From: Waterburya sp.
GTDB lineage: Bacteria; Cyanobacteriota; Cyanobacteriia; Cyanobacteriales; Xenococcaceae
Reading direction: 5' to 3'
Assembly (NCBI GenBank): GCA_965217895.1
Contig: CBDCJV010000002.1
Location: forward strand, 3,104,001 to 3,168,000
DNA: 64,000 nucleotides
A program made the translations under genes and the position numbers. The notes beneath the pieces were generated by a model, which had not been told where the DNA came from, ran no database searches, and saw nothing but the letters and a program-made list of their open reading frames with translations. Positions 30,725 to 40,250 of this stretch are shown here, one piece after another; position 1 is the stretch's first letter, and each line of letters begins with the position of its first letter.

Positions 30725-31229
30725 GGTAATGTTGCCAGAAATTGAAGAAGCAACATAGTAGTATATATTTACTGTCTAAAACTCAACATTAATGAATTCA
30801 AAATCCCCCTTCAAATGGCGACATTTTCTACTGTAGTAAGAGTGATTAATACAGACAAGGCGAAAGCTTATCCCAAAGCAATCGAAGAGCTAAAAGAATC
30901 TGACTTATTACCTGAATCGGTTGAACATCGAGCAGTTAAATACCTGAATAATTTAATTGAACAAGATCATAGATATACGAAACTGCGGGTTATAACCAGT
31001 CAAAACTTTAGGAATTTTTGGACTGCTGGTCGTACCATCGCAGGATATGAATCGATGAACATGATTCGTAAAGGACAAATCAAAAATGTAAGACGAGATG
31101 AATTTTTAGGTCAGATTAGGTTTATTCATTCTCTATTTGGGATAGCTGTGTAAATTTGAGAGAAAATCAAATTAATTTAAAGTTTACCTTTATTTTTATT
31201 CTTTTGTTTTTTCTTTTCGCAACACTGCC
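30725..31229 (+). mobile_element. IS6 family element with internal deletion
   Basis: Left IR GGTAATGTTGCCAGAA at 30725; right IR TTTTCGCAACACTGCC ending 31229; N-terminus MNSKSPFKWRHF at 30792 joined out of frame to C-terminal half. Confidence 0.85.
30815..31153 (+). pseudogene. IS6 family DDE transposase, C-terminal fragment
   Basis: INTDKAKAYP, KYLNNLIEQDHR and MIRKGQ motifs. Confidence 0.85.
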
Positions 31230-31285
31230 GAAAAAACAGAATTAGCTTTTTAGTTTACATCAAGATTTCATGCTCTTATTCTGTA

Positions 31286-31612
31286 TCAGGCGGACTTATT
31301 CAACTGTTTGGTAAATTCTTCACGACTATCTAAAATAGAAAAGTATTTATCCATGCTAGTTAATTCAAACAAAATCTTAATTTGTTCATTAATTGAGCAT
31401 ATAAAAAGACTGACATCAGCAGCTTGTAAAGTCTTCAAAGCTTTAACCAAAGCTCCTAAACCGGAACTATCCATAAACGTAACTTCCTTAAAGTCAACTA
31501 AAATAGTGTGTACACCACTTTCTACACTTTGGTCAATTTGGTGTTGAAAATCTGCTGCTTTGGTGCCGTCTAAAATACCTATAGGTTCAATTATTTGAAC
31601 AATAGAATTCAT
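31286..31612 (-). CDS. STAS domain anti-sigma factor antagonist
   Basis: VTFMDSSGLGAL motif, LFELTSMD. Confidence 0.9.
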   Translation of the reverse strand: MNSIVQIIEPIGILDGTKAADFQHQIDQSVESGVHTILVDFKEVTFMDSSGLGALVKALKTLQAADVSLFICSINEQIKILFELTSMDKYFSILDSREEFTKQLNKSA

Positions 31613-31863
31613 ATATTAAAAAGTAATTTAATCTTGTCAAGACAAAAGTAAGTATAACAAAATAATCGACCAATATTATAACGAAATATACCTAATTAAA
31701 TTATTAACAGATAAAAATTAAATATACAATACGTCGAATGATTTATTTCAATTCAAGCTTTTCTTCGTTAATATCTGAAGATTGATTGTACAGATCATTC
31801 CTTGTTACCTTGATAATAAGTAATTAGGAGATAATTTAGCCAAAAAAAGGAACTATAAATTTA

Positions 31864-33546
31864 ATGGAAGCGTATGATGCGATCGTCATTGGTGCTGGTC
31901 ATAATGGATTAGTATGTGCTGCATACCTACTAAATGCTGGTTACAGTGTCCTATTATTAGAAAAGCGTCCTGTACCTGGAGGAGCAGCAACTACCGAAGA
32001 AGCAATACCCGAAGAAGCTCCAGGCTTTAAGTTTAATTTGTGTGCCATTGACCATGAGTTTATTTTTCTTGGTCCTATTATTGAAGAATTGCAGTTAAAT
32101 AAATATGGCTTAAAGTACCTTACTTGCGACCCTCATACTTTTTGCCCTCACCCAGACGGTAAATACTTTTTGGCACATCAATCTCTGGAAAAAACTCAAG
32201 TAGCGATCGCTCGCTACAGCGAAAGAGATGCAGCTAAATATGTCGAGTTTATCGGTTATTGGTCAAAATTAATGAGTGCGATCGCGCCTTTTTTTAATGC
32301 TCCACCTCAGTCTATCTTCGGTATTGCTAAAGGCTATAGGGGCAAAAATTTAGCAGATGTTTTGGCGCTCGCTGGCTCAAAAGATAAGGCATTAAACTTT
32401 ATCCGCACCATGATTACCGCTCCAGAGGATCTGCTTAATGAATACTTTGATACGGAGTTAGTTAAAGCTCCCTTGGCTAGATTGGCAGCCGAAATTGGCG
32501 CACCTCCTTCCCAAAAGGGCATCACCGCAGGCTTAATGATGTTGGCGATGCGTCATCACCCAGGCATGGCTCGCCCTCAAGGTGGCACAGGAGCATTAAC
32601 TCAGGCATTAGTTGAATTAGTTCAGGCAAAGGGAGGCAAGATTTTAACCGAACAAATGGTCAAAGAAGTGATTATCGAAGATAACTGCGCTGTTGGGGTA
32701 AAAATAGCTAGGGGCAAGGAATATCGAGCTAATAAAGCCGTAATTTCTAATATTGATGTCCGTCGGCTGTTTTTACAGTTAATCGATCGAGATGCAGTTA
32801 AGCCAGATTTAAGAGAAAAAGTTGATCGCCGTATTACCAATAACAACGAAACCATCCTCAAGATTGACTGTGCTTTATCTGAAGCTCCCCGTTTTACAGC
32901 ATATCAGAACGAAAACAACGAGCATTTAATCGGCACTGTGTTAATTGCCGACTCGGTTGCTCATGTCGAACAGGCGCACTCTTTAGCCACCATGGGACAA
33001 ATCCCTGATGCCAACCCGTCGATGTATCTAGATATTCCTTCTGTCTTAGATCCCACCCTCGCCCCAGAAGGGAAACATACCCTTTGGATTGAATTTTTTG
33101 CGCCCTATCAAATAGCAGGAAAAGAGAATACCGGTTTATACGGCACTGGCTGGACAGATGAACTAAAAAACAAAGTCGCCGATAATGTTATTGATAAGCT
33201 TGCCGACTATGCCCCCAATATCAAAGATTCAATCATTGCCCGTCGGGTAGAAAGCCCTGCCGAGTTGGGAGAAAGATTAGGTTCATACAAAGGCAATTAT
33301 TATCATTTAGATATGACCTTGGATCAAATGATCTTCTTACGTCCTCTGCCAGAAATTGCCAACTATACTACCCCAATTAAAAACCTTTATCTTACAGGGG
33401 CAGGAACTCATCCAGGAGGATCGATTTCGGGGATGCCTGGACGCAATTGCGCCCGCGTATTTCTCAATCAGCAACAGCCTCTAGTTAAGGCACAACAGTC
33501 GGTTAATTCTCTGTTGCGATCGCTTTTAGGCATTAATGAAACCTAA
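31864..33546 (+). CDS. crtO: Beta-carotene ketolase (CrtI-type FAD oxidoreductase)
   Basis: IGAGHNGL, NLCAIDHEFI and GAGTHPGGSISGMPGRNCA. Confidence 0.85.
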   Translation: MEAYDAIVIGAGHNGLVCAAYLLNAGYSVLLLEKRPVPGGAATTEEAIPEEAPGFKFNLCAIDHEFIFLGPIIEELQLNKYGLKYLTCDPHTFCPHPDGKYFLAHQSLEKTQVAIARYSERDAAKYVEFIGYWSKLMSAIAPFFNAPPQSIFGIAKGYRGKNLADVLALAGSKDKALNFIRTMITAPEDLLNEYFDTELVKAPLARLAAEIGAPPSQKGITAGLMMLAMRHHPGMARPQGGTGALTQALVELVQAKGGKILTEQMVKEVIIEDNCAVGVKIARGKEYRANKAVISNIDVRRLFLQLIDRDAVKPDLREKVDRRITNNNETILKIDCALSEAPRFTAYQNENNEHLIGTVLIADSVAHVEQAHSLATMGQIPDANPSMYLDIPSVLDPTLAPEGKHTLWIEFFAPYQIAGKENTGLYGTGWTDELKNKVADNVIDKLADYAPNIKDSIIARRVESPAELGERLGSYKGNYYHLDMTLDQMIFLRPLPEIANYTTPIKNLYLTGAGTHPGGSISGMPGRNCARVFLNQQQPLVKAQQSVNSLLRSLLGINET

Positions 33547-33591
33547 AATGATATGAAACACTTAAATGTTTGCTACAAATATTTGATTTAT

Positions 33592-33615
33592 GGACTTGGG
33601 GACTTGGGGACTTGG
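33592..33615 (+). repeat. Short tandem repeat GGACTTGG x3 (STRR-like)
   Basis: ggacttgg ggacttgg ggacttgg read directly. Confidence 0.8.
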
Positions 33616-33761
33616 AGACGGGGTGATATTATTTGTCTCGGATATTTCCTCAACTGATATAACTTAACCCTTACATATATGTACATACTTTATAGCTTTT
33701 TTAAACATTATCTAAAATAATCATCACGGTATATACCTAAATAGATATTCAAAAAATACTT

Positions 33762-34295
33762 ATGATAAGTTCATCTAAACTCTTTTCTCAACGAAATTTC
33801 CCGAGAATTTCCCTCGCTACGGCTGCTTTAGGTTTGGCGATCGCTCTCAATAGCTGCGGAACACAACAATCAGACCAATATGAGGCAACCGCCACATCTA
33901 AAATGACTTGGGTAGTAAACTACTCTAACGATCCATCGGGGGATAAGCGACCTAAAATTGAGGAGTTTGAGTCGGTTTCTTTGGTTAACCGTAACGGAGA
34001 AAAGCCAGACGGTGCAGTCTATCAAGATGACAAAGGCATTTGGTGGCCCAAAGAACCTCCTAAGCCTACTCTTGATGAAATAGAAGCAAAAAAAAGACCT
34101 ACTGATAAAATTGGCAACCCCGAACGACTGCGAGAGGTGGAATATCGGGTCAAGTTTGACCAAGATGGGGAGAGACTAAACTTGCCAACTAATTATGATG
34201 TTTATCGACAGGTAGTTAAAGCTTATCCTGATACTCCTTTAACTTTTACTATGGGACTCAATAACGGTTCAGTAACCAAAGCCACTCCTCAATAA
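33762..34295 (+). CDS. Putative lipoprotein
   Basis: Signal peptide with lipobox LNSC; 177 aa. Confidence 0.75.
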   Translation: MISSSKLFSQRNFPRISLATAALGLAIALNSCGTQQSDQYEATATSKMTWVVNYSNDPSGDKRPKIEEFESVSLVNRNGEKPDGAVYQDDKGIWWPKEPPKPTLDEIEAKKRPTDKIGNPERLREVEYRVKFDQDGERLNLPTNYDVYRQVVKAYPDTPLTFTMGLNNGSVTKATPQ

Positions 34296-34494
34296 ACAAT
34301 GGGCAATTATCAATTATTCATTGTTTATTAATTTGGAAATAGAAGATAGTCTTCGTAAAAAGTAAAAACTCGCTTACGCTTGTTTTATATTTAATTCTAC
34401 CCACCTACTTAGCTGGACAAATTTTTGAAGATGAATACGAAAAGCGCGATCGCAGTTATTAAAGAAGTAGAAGTCCGTTTTCAAAGGCGACAAA

Positions 34495-34732
34495 GTGATA
34501 CCAAGCGTTTTCTATTCAATTCTGCCTAGCTACTTATCTCTATTTGTAATGTCAGCCTGGAGTGCAGACTACAATAAACAGGTATTGACCAATGCCGATT
34601 TCACCAATCAAGATTTTACCGATGCCTTACTTAGTCCCACTACCAAAAGAGAACTGTGTGAAATAGCCAGCAGTACTAATCTCCAGCTACAGGCAGGACA
34701 GGAACAATAAAGATACCTTGTACTGTCCTTGA
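34495..34732 (+). pseudogene. Pentapeptide-repeat protein relic
   Basis: ADYNKQVLTNADFTNQD joined to FTDALL...LCEIAS; out-of-frame tail PATGR...KDTLYCP*; repeat core missing. Confidence 0.65.
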
Positions 34733-34827
34733 ATTAAGACTAACGGCTAATTTGAGTCAAAAATGTCACAATAGAGATAATTAATTTTGGTCATCAAGAT
34801 CGATAGTCGGATCTTATAGAACAGCTT

Positions 34828-37752
34828 GTGAATCTAATCGTCTCTACGTCTGAGTTAAATTTGTCAGAATTATTCCCTTTTGAACTTGATGAATTTCAAG
34901 AAAAGGCGATCGCCGCATTGGCAGCAGGTAAATCCGTAGTCATCTGCGCTCCCACAGGTTCAGGAAAAACGTTAATCGGTGAATATGCAATTCATCGCGC
35001 TTTACAACATGGTAAGCGAGTATTTTATACCACTCCTCTTAAAGCTCTTTCTAACCAAAAATTTCGAGATTTTCAAGAACAGTTTGGGGTAGGAGATCCT
35101 CAGAAAATTGGTTTATTAACGGGGGATACCATTGTTAATCCTAATGCTGCTGTGGTGGTGATGACCACAGAGATTTTTCGCAATATGCTCTACGAGACAC
35201 CGATTGGGCAGCTAGGAACTTCTCTCAAGGATGTAGAGGCAGTAGTACTAGATGAATGTCACTATATTAGTAATCGTTACCGAGGTACGGTATGGGAAGA
35301 GTCAATTATTTATTGCCCACCCCAAATACAGCTAGTGGCTCTCTCGGCTACGATTGGTAATCCTCAAGAGTTAACCGACTGGATTACCAAAGTTCGCAAT
35401 TCTAATGCCGATAACCCAGAGAAATACGAGTGCGAGCTTATCAATTCAGATTTTCGCCCTGTACCTTTAAGATATTACTTTTGCGATCACCGTGGAATGC
35501 ACCGACTGCTGAATCAAAACGAAACTGAGATCAGCGCCAAACTCAAAGCTGCTGCACCTCGCCAAGGGCAAAAACCCAAACGCCTCAAGATTAAAGACTG
35601 TCCGAAAATTTATCAGGTGGTGCAGCAGCTACAGAAGAAAGATATGCTGCCTGCGATCTATATCATCTTTAGTCGTCGGGGTTGCGACAAGTCTGTAGAT
35701 ACCCTTGATGGATTAGATTTGGTGACTTTTGAGGAAGGACAGCAAATTGAAAGTGTCTTGCTCTATTTTTTTCTAGCTGAAAATACTGAGTTACAGACGG
35801 CATTGTTAGAACACTTTGCCGATTCTAATCCAGAGCTGGCAGAACTGTTGCGAGATTATTTAGCCAACAACGAGCAGGCAGAATCTAAGTTAGCACAGTA
35901 TCTCAACGCCGATCCTAATCAAAAATATTTGCTGTGGCAGTTTCTGTGTGAAAGCTCCCAAATTGCCAGAATCGATCAGATTGAACCCTTGATGCGGGGT
36001 GTTGCCTCTCACCACGCAGGCTTGTTACCAGCCTGGAAAGAATTAGTCGAAAGATTATTTGAACAGGGACTAGTTAAGATTGTCTTTGCTACGGCTACCC
36101 TAGCAGCAGGGATTAATATGCCTGCCCGCACCACGGTAATGTCTGCCCTGTCAAAACGCACTGATGGGGGACACAGTATGCTCAGTCCCTCGGAATTTTT
36201 GCAGATTGCAGGTAGAGCGGGCAGAAGAGGTAAAGATGATGTAGGTCATGTAGTGACCATGCAAACTCCCTTTGAGGGAGCAAAAGAAGCAGCGTTCTTG
36301 GCAACTTCCACCGCTGAACCCCTGAGAAGCTGGTTTACTCCTTCCTATGGCATGGTATTAAATTTGCTCCAAAAATATAGTTTACCCGAAGTTAAAGAAT
36401 TACTAGAAAGAAGTTTTGCCGAGTATTTATCCCAAAAAAGACTTGCCCCCGAACAAAGTGCGATCGCCGAAATCACCACCGAGTTAGCCAAGTTAGACGT
36501 AGCATTAGCAGCCACTTCTCCTGGGCAGTTAGCTAGCTATCAAAAACTACAGGAGCGAGCCAAAGAAGAACAACGACTCCTAGAAATTCTGCAACAGCAA
36601 GCGGAGGCAGATCAAAAAAGCAAAATCAAGCCTTTGGTTTCTCAAATTGAACCAGGCAGAATTGTTGGTCTTAAGGGCAGGCATATTCGGCTAAGTTCAC
36701 CTTTAGCTGCGGTATTGGTAGATAAAATTCCTGGTTCAGGTAAAGCATCTAATTTACTCTGCTTGGGAGTAGATAACTGCTGGTATATTGCAGCCAACGC
36801 CGACGTTACCGAAATTAACGAAGGAGCTTTGCCTACCGAGGAGATCGCTGAGATATCTATACCGCCTCTAGATAACGTTAAACTAGGTAAATGGCGCAAT
36901 GGCGATGAAGCTACAGCGATCGCCATCAAACAAATCGTCAACTATTTAATTCCGCCAACTCCCGCCCCCGAAGTAGTTGAGCAACAGCAAAGATTAGATA
37001 GCGTTCACCAAGAAATAGATAACCATCCTGTGCAGCAGGCAAATAATCCTCATCGCCTATTAAAAAAACACAATAAGCGGATACAGCTAAGAGAGAAACT
37101 TCATAAAACTCAAATCAAATATCAAAAGCAAAAGTCGAATCAGTCTTACTATTGGTCAGAATTTCTTAATTTAATCAATGTTTTGCAAGACTTTGAAGCT
37201 TTAGATGAATATAGCCCTACTTTTTTAGGACAAGCTGCTGCCACCATTCGCGGCGACAACGAACTGTGGCTGGCTTTAGTTTTTGTTTCTGGAGAACTAG
37301 AATATTTAGAACCCCATCACCTAGCAGCTACCGTCTGTGCCTTAATTACCGAAACTCCTCGCGCCGATGTTTGGTGTGACTTTCCTCCGCCTAAAGAAAT
37401 ATTAGAAGCATTAGGAGTTAAAAAAAGAGGTTCAACCACTTCAGGGGACGAAACAGCCTCCTCTAGTTTACAGAAGATACGCACCCGTTTATTTCAGGCT
37501 CAACGCCGTCACGAGGTTAGTTTGCCAGTCTGGCGGGAGTACGAGCTAGTCGGGCTATGCGAACAGTGGGCGTTGGGTACGGACTGGAATAATCTTTGCG
37601 AAAGCGTTAGTTTAGCAGAGGGAGATATTGTGAGAATGCTACGTCGCACCGTCGATGTTTTGTCTCAAATCCCCCAAATTCCTAATATTTCTGCTACTTT
37701 ATCTAACAATGCTAGAGATGCTAGCGCGATGATGAAACGTTTTCCGATTTAA
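34828..37752 (+). CDS. Ski2/HelY-like DEAD/DEAH-box RNA helicase
   Basis: APTGSGKT, DECH, SAT, HHAG, QIAGRAGRRG and C-terminal EGDIVRMLRR (DSHCT). Confidence 0.92.
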   Translation: MNLIVSTSELNLSELFPFELDEFQEKAIAALAAGKSVVICAPTGSGKTLIGEYAIHRALQHGKRVFYTTPLKALSNQKFRDFQEQFGVGDPQKIGLLTGDTIVNPNAAVVVMTTEIFRNMLYETPIGQLGTSLKDVEAVVLDECHYISNRYRGTVWEESIIYCPPQIQLVALSATIGNPQELTDWITKVRNSNADNPEKYECELINSDFRPVPLRYYFCDHRGMHRLLNQNETEISAKLKAAAPRQGQKPKRLKIKDCPKIYQVVQQLQKKDMLPAIYIIFSRRGCDKSVDTLDGLDLVTFEEGQQIESVLLYFFLAENTELQTALLEHFADSNPELAELLRDYLANNEQAESKLAQYLNADPNQKYLLWQFLCESSQIARIDQIEPLMRGVASHHAGLLPAWKELVERLFEQGLVKIVFATATLAAGINMPARTTVMSALSKRTDGGHSMLSPSEFLQIAGRAGRRGKDDVGHVVTMQTPFEGAKEAAFLATSTAEPLRSWFTPSYGMVLNLLQKYSLPEVKELLERSFAEYLSQKRLAPEQSAIAEITTELAKLDVALAATSPGQLASYQKLQERAKEEQRLLEILQQQAEADQKSKIKPLVSQIEPGRIVGLKGRHIRLSSPLAAVLVDKIPGSGKASNLLCLGVDNCWYIAANADVTEINEGALPTEEIAEISIPPLDNVKLGKWRNGDEATAIAIKQIVNYLIPPTPAPEVVEQQQRLDSVHQEIDNHPVQQANNPHRLLKKHNKRIQLREKLHKTQIKYQKQKSNQSYYWSEFLNLINVLQDFEALDEYSPTFLGQAAATIRGDNELWLALVFVSGELEYLEPHHLAATVCALITETPRADVWCDFPPPKEILEALGVKKRGSTTSGDETASSSLQKIRTRLFQAQRRHEVSLPVWREYELVGLCEQWALGTDWNNLCESVSLAEGDIVRMLRRTVDVLSQIPQIPNISATLSNNARDASAMMKRFPI

Positions 37753-37801
37753 ACAAACTGTACTAAATATTAAATTGGCGTTTTAATCTTGACGCGATCG
37801 C

Positions 37802-38618
37802 CTACTTGCGTGCTTTAACATACAAATTTGTAGCAACTTGCCACTCTCCATGTTCTGTAATCAATCGGTCAACAGCTTTTTTATATTCATTTATATTCAG
37901 CTTGCAGTAATTTTTTTTGTTCTGCGGATAGATTTGATAAAGGATTACCTCTGGGGTAAAATTCCCGATCAATCCTTACAGAATCGTTATTTTGGTCAAG
38001 CTTATATTTGTTGTATTGGTGACTTTCAATCTCAATATTTTGAAAACCAGACTGTTGTAATAATAAACGGCATTTGTCAGGAGCCCATAGAGGTCGAAGT
38101 ATATGAGGTAAATCGATGCCAAATAAGTCTTGACAGACTTTAACTTTAATCTCTGCCAAGTAAGATGTTCGATCGGGAGTAGTAAAAGCGAGGTATCCTC
38201 TTGGCTTGAGCCAGTCATAGCACTTATTAAGAATTGCCGAAATATTGCTAAAATATACAATTGCCGAACAGCAGAAAATAGTGTCAAACTGTTTTGCTTG
38301 AAAATTAATTGACTCTACATCCGCTTCAATTAATTTCAAATTATCTATTCTCTCGGCTGCAATTTTCTCTCTAGCCTGAGCTAACATACCTGATGATATA
38401 TCAACACCAATTACAGAGCCTTCGGAAGCTACTTTTTTAGCAGCAGGAATTGCTACCAAACCTGTCCCCGTAGCCAGATCGAGAATAGTCTGTCCAGATT
38501 TAGGAGGCATATATGCTAATAAACGCTTTGCTTCTTTTGGATGAGCATCACCCTCATCATCATAGGCGGTTCGGTAATTAAAAAAATCAATCACCTTTTG
38601 CTTATAATCTTCTGCCAT
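37802..38618 (-). pseudogene. Class I SAM methyltransferase (UbiE-like), truncated by a 10-bp duplication
   Basis: ILDLATGTG, GVDISSGML; stop at 37887 arises from TTTATATTCA x2; removing one copy restores the frame to 37802. Confidence 0.75.
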
Positions 38619-38676
38619 TGCTTTTCTAGTTGCCAGTTGTTACGATATGACAATTTCTTAACCCTAGCATGGGCAA

Positions 38677-39702
38677 TTAATCTTCATACCAACTCGAACG
38701 CCAGGCAGCTTGGGCTTCTGCAACATCAGATTCTTGCTTAATCATTTTATACTGGCTATTTAATTTACTAATTTCGCCCATTAAATTATGCAGTTTTCCT
38801 CTTTGAGCATTAAGTAAAGGATCGCCAAACTCAAGTTCAGCTATACGCAAACGTAATAGACTAACTTGGGCTATATTCTTAGGAGATTTAGACTTATTCT
38901 TATCCTGCTCACTTTCAATTGCCAGATGAATAATATTAGGAGAATTTTTTAATTTATTGCCTCTTCCTCCTTTGTTGCCATCTGCCTGAATTGCCACATC
39001 AATGATTTTACTGGGTATGCGATCGGGTATAATTCCTGAATCCTGTAAACATCGATTAGCTTTTTGAGAAGTGTAGTCTAACGTCTTTTTGATAGTTCGT
39101 TCAATTTGCTTATGCCACAGGACAAGGTGTTCTGGATTGTTGAAGTTAATCTCCTGCTTTGGTAGTTGTGGAGAAATGTTTTCAGGCTCTAATTCAGCCT
39201 CTAAAGAAGCATCTAATTCAATAAACTCAATCTTCTCTAATTCAGCCTTGATTGAGGCAAAATCGACTTCTGCTGTCTTTTCGTTTTCTTCACTAACGCT
39301 GTCTTCCTTTTCTTCTTTTCTGCGTTTAGGTTTGGGCAAATTTTTAATTAATTCTGCCATCAAATTTAACTCTTGTGGCGGTGGGTCTAGTTCTTTTTGC
39401 TCAATAATAAGAGATAGAGCTGGTTCAATCTCAATGCCAATTTTTCTTAAAGCTTGCTGTAGGTTTTGTCGATTGCCTAAAGATAACCCTAGAAATGATT
39501 GGGGATAAAACTGGGTACAAATTTGATAACTGGCTAAGACTAACTGTTGTTTTGCAGAATGGCTGAGAGAATTTAAGTAATTTTGGTATAGATTTTCAAG
39601 TTCAACCGCTATTTTGGCTGTAGTTGATTCTAGGTTATTGAGGTCTTGTTTAATTTGCTGAATCGATTTTGTCATCCTATATTCAGTTATCCGTTGGGAC
39701 AT
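38677..39702 (-). CDS. Hypothetical protein
   Basis: 341 aa ORF, helical, ends AEAQAAWRSSWYED. Confidence 0.75.
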   Translation of the reverse strand: MSQRITEYRMTKSIQQIKQDLNNLESTTAKIAVELENLYQNYLNSLSHSAKQQLVLASYQICTQFYPQSFLGLSLGNRQNLQQALRKIGIEIEPALSLIIEQKELDPPPQELNLMAELIKNLPKPKRRKEEKEDSVSEENEKTAEVDFASIKAELEKIEFIELDASLEAELEPENISPQLPKQEINFNNPEHLVLWHKQIERTIKKTLDYTSQKANRCLQDSGIIPDRIPSKIIDVAIQADGNKGGRGNKLKNSPNIIHLAIESEQDKNKSKSPKNIAQVSLLRLRIAELEFGDPLLNAQRGKLHNLMGEISKLNSQYKMIKQESDVAEAQAAWRSSWYED

Positions 39703-39839
39703 TGGCTTAGGACTTAGGGAAAATCTCCTAGCACGTAGTTAGTTCATCACTAAGTCTTTACTTTCTAAGCACTTTTTTTTGAATTTATCTAAGCCATGAT
39801 GCTTTGCTAAATAAGAGTTTTCAATGACCTCAAGCCCAA

Positions 39840-40049
39840 TTAATCAATGTCAATTGAATGTGGTTTATCACTATTGTTTGAAGTTGCAGAATTATTGTTC
39901 ACTTGATTATAGCCCTGATTTTCCAACCATTTGGACAAAGGTTCTTCATTTAAGTTCAAATGCAAAATACCAGAGGCAAAACCACCAGCAAAGGCAATTG
40001 GCTGTTGAATAAATTTTTGTAGGGCAGGTGTAAGCTCGCTTAGAAACAT
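39840..40049 (-). CDS. Small hypothetical protein
   Basis: QPIAFAGGFASGILHLNLNEEPLSKWL...PHSIDID, resembles a small cyanobacterial family. Confidence 0.7.
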   Translation of the reverse strand: MFLSELTPALQKFIQQPIAFAGGFASGILHLNLNEEPLSKWLENQGYNQVNNNSATSNNSDKPHSIDID

Positions 40050-40250
40050 AAACTTAAAGACGATAAAAATGCTGAATTTTGATAAATTTGAAAGCTATCT
40101 TCAAAATTGTAGCGTGTCTAGCTAGATAATCAAAAATTTTTTGCCATCCTCAACGGAGAAAACCTAGGCAACGCAACTGTCTTGCAAACTAAAAGAATAT
40201 CGAGCGATCGCACTGAGCATGACAAACTTTTTTGGTTAATTGATAATTGT

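Noticed and set aside
31286..31612. STAS protein as regulator of the polysaccharide cluster
   Set aside because: Adjacency is probably due to the IS6 rearrangement; no partner kinase or phosphatase is nearby
34300..34494. Possible coding relic (…GQIFEDEYE…AVIKEVEVRF…)
   Set aside because: Too short and fragmented to assign without a search
39089..39508. 139-aa plus-strand ORF
   Set aside because: Ser/Phe-rich antisense shadow of a Glu/Lys-rich gene
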